Assembly: GCF_003991155.1 (NCBI RefSeq)
Contig: NZ_CP031293.1
Length of the DNA: 64,000 bases
Source of the DNA: Escherichia coli
GTDB taxonomy: Bacteria > Pseudomonadota > Gammaproteobacteria > Enterobacterales > Enterobacteriaceae
Strand: one strand, 5' to 3'
Made by a program: the position numbers and the translations under genes. Below the pieces are notes generated by a model, which saw nothing but the letters and a program-made list of their open reading frames with translations, was not told the origin of the DNA and did no database searches. Of the stretch, positions 62,888 to 64,000 are shown one piece after another. How positions within the stretch are numbered: the first letter of the stretch is position 1; the number at the start of each line of letters is the position of its first letter.

Positions 62888-64000
62888 ATGCGATATATAG
62901 CAGGCATTGATATCGGCAACTCATCAACAGAGGTTGCGCTGGCAACGCTCAGTGCAACTGGAGAGTTGTCGTTCGTGAGTAGCGCCCTGGCGGAAACCAC
63001 CGGAATTAAAGGTACGTTGCGTAACGTCCATGGTATTCAGGAGGCGCTCGCACAGGCAACGAAAAAAGTCGGCATCAATGTTAGCGATATTTCGCTTATT
63101 CGTATCAACGAAGCAACTCCGGTCATTGGTGATGTGGCGATGGAAACCATCACTGAAACTATCATCACCGAATCAACCATGATCGGTCACAACCCGAAAA
63201 CGCCGGGCGGAGTGGGGCTGGGCGTAGGGCTCACCATCACTCCGCAAGAGTTATTAACATGCCCGGCGGACACACCCTACATTCTGGTGGTGTCATCGGC
63301 ATTTGATTTTGCCGATATCGCAACAATGATAAACGCCTCCGTACGCGCCGGATATCAGCTGACTGGCGTTATTCTGCAACGCGACGATGGCGTACTGGTC
63401 AATAACCGCCTGGAAATTCCTCTCCCTATTGTTGATGAAGTCCTCTACATCGATCGTATTCCGCTCGGCATGCTGGCTGCGATTGAAGTTGCCGTTCCCG
63501 GGAAAGTTATCGAAACCCTGTCTAACCCGTATGGGATTGCCACCGTTTTCGCCCTCAATGCTGAAGAGACTAAAAATATTGTTCCTGTCGCGCGGGCGCT
63601 AATCGGCAACCGTTCAGCAGTGGTAGTGAAAACGCCTTCTGGCGACGTTAAAGCCCGTTCGATACCCGCCGGAAATATCGAACTGCTTTCTGCCGGGCGC
63701 ACAACGCGGGTTGATGTAGCTGCTGGTGCCGATGCCATTATGAAAGCGGTCGGTGAGTGCCCAAAACTGGAAAACGTGACGGGAGAACCTGGCTCCAACA
63801 TCGGCGGAATGCTGGAACATGTTCGCCAGACCATGGCTGAACTGACCAACAAACCCAGCCACGAAATTTTTATTCAGGATTTGCTGGCGATAGATACCTC
63901 TGTCCCCGTCAACGTAACCGGTGGTCTGGCAGGTGAATTTTCACTGGAACAGGCTGTGGGTATTGCCTCTATGGTGAAATCCGACCGTCTGCAAATGGCG
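62888..64000 (+). CDS. pduG: Diol dehydratase reactivase, large subunit (3' partial, runs off the window)
   Basis: Frame open from ATG 62888 (MRYIAGIDIGNSSTEVALATL...) to the window end; position after pduE. Opposite-strand ORFs here are judged spurious. Confidence 0.75.
   Translation, partial: MRYIAGIDIGNSSTEVALATLSATGELSFVSSALAETTGIKGTLRNVHGIQEALAQATKKVGINVSDISLIRINEATPVIGDVAMETITETIITESTMIGHNPKTPGGVGLGVGLTITPQELLTCPADTPYILVVSSAFDFADIATMINASVRAGYQLTGVILQRDDGVLVNNRLEIPLPIVDEVLYIDRIPLGMLAAIEVAVPGKVIETLSNPYGIATVFALNAEETKNIVPVARALIGNRSAVVVKTPSGDVKARSIPAGNIELLSAGRTTRVDVAAGADAIMKAVGECPKLENVTGEPGSNIGGMLEHVRQTMAELTNKPSHEIFIQDLLAIDTSVPVNVTGGLAGEFSLEQAVGIASMVKSDRLQMA

Noticed and set aside
62868-63862. 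Minus-strand ORFs 63445-63852 and 63614-63862 and plus-strand 63387-63602 near the window end
   Set aside because: They overlap the pduG reading frame, which continues open to the end of the window in the expected operon position.

Overview
This window reads as an Escherichia coli-type chromosome segment centred on the asparagine-tRNA cluster (three intact tRNA-Asn genes at 6009-6084, 49266-49341 and 51090-51165), which here carries a stack of horizontally acquired islands. Backbone genes are cbl-nac, yeeJ (2684-aa Ig-repeat adhesin), a yeeL-like glycosyltransferase, shiA, amn, yeeN, yeeO, ldtA/erfK, cobT-cobS-cobU, a cobalamin riboswitch, pocR, pduF and the start of the pdu operon (pduA-B-C-D-E, partial pduG). 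Accessory content: (i) a frameshifted ISAs1/H-repeat transposase next to a very AT-rich truncated gene; (ii) an island at the first tRNA-Asn with a P4-type integrase, a RelE/ParE-like toxin-antitoxin pair, an Rhs toxin gene with immunity and an orphan toxin/immunity cassette, an IS3-family element, and a PAAR gene; (iii) a second composite island at the yeeO-proximal tRNA-Asn with a P4-like module whose integrase carries an amber codon, a second identical IS3 copy, an array of orphan Rhs toxin/immunity cassettes, and an integrase-less cassette bounded by att-like repeats. That cassette (31497-36891) is the most interesting candidate: three translationally coupled genes encoding a radical SAM enzyme, a 135-aa protein and a 1358-aa protein with an Mrr-like nuclease head and a NACHT-type P-loop NTPase, an architecture typical of antiphage NLR/Avs-like proteins, here with an unusual radical SAM partner. 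Further notable points are an IS1 with a 9-bp target duplication in the pduF-pduA control region, a 27-bp tandem duplication at the pduE-pduG junction, apparent loss of the cbi genes behind a retained B12 riboswitch, and four ~90-bp att-like repeats. All calls rest on reading the sequence and the ORF translations, with no database searches run; gene names rest on recalled family signatures and recalled K-12 gene order.
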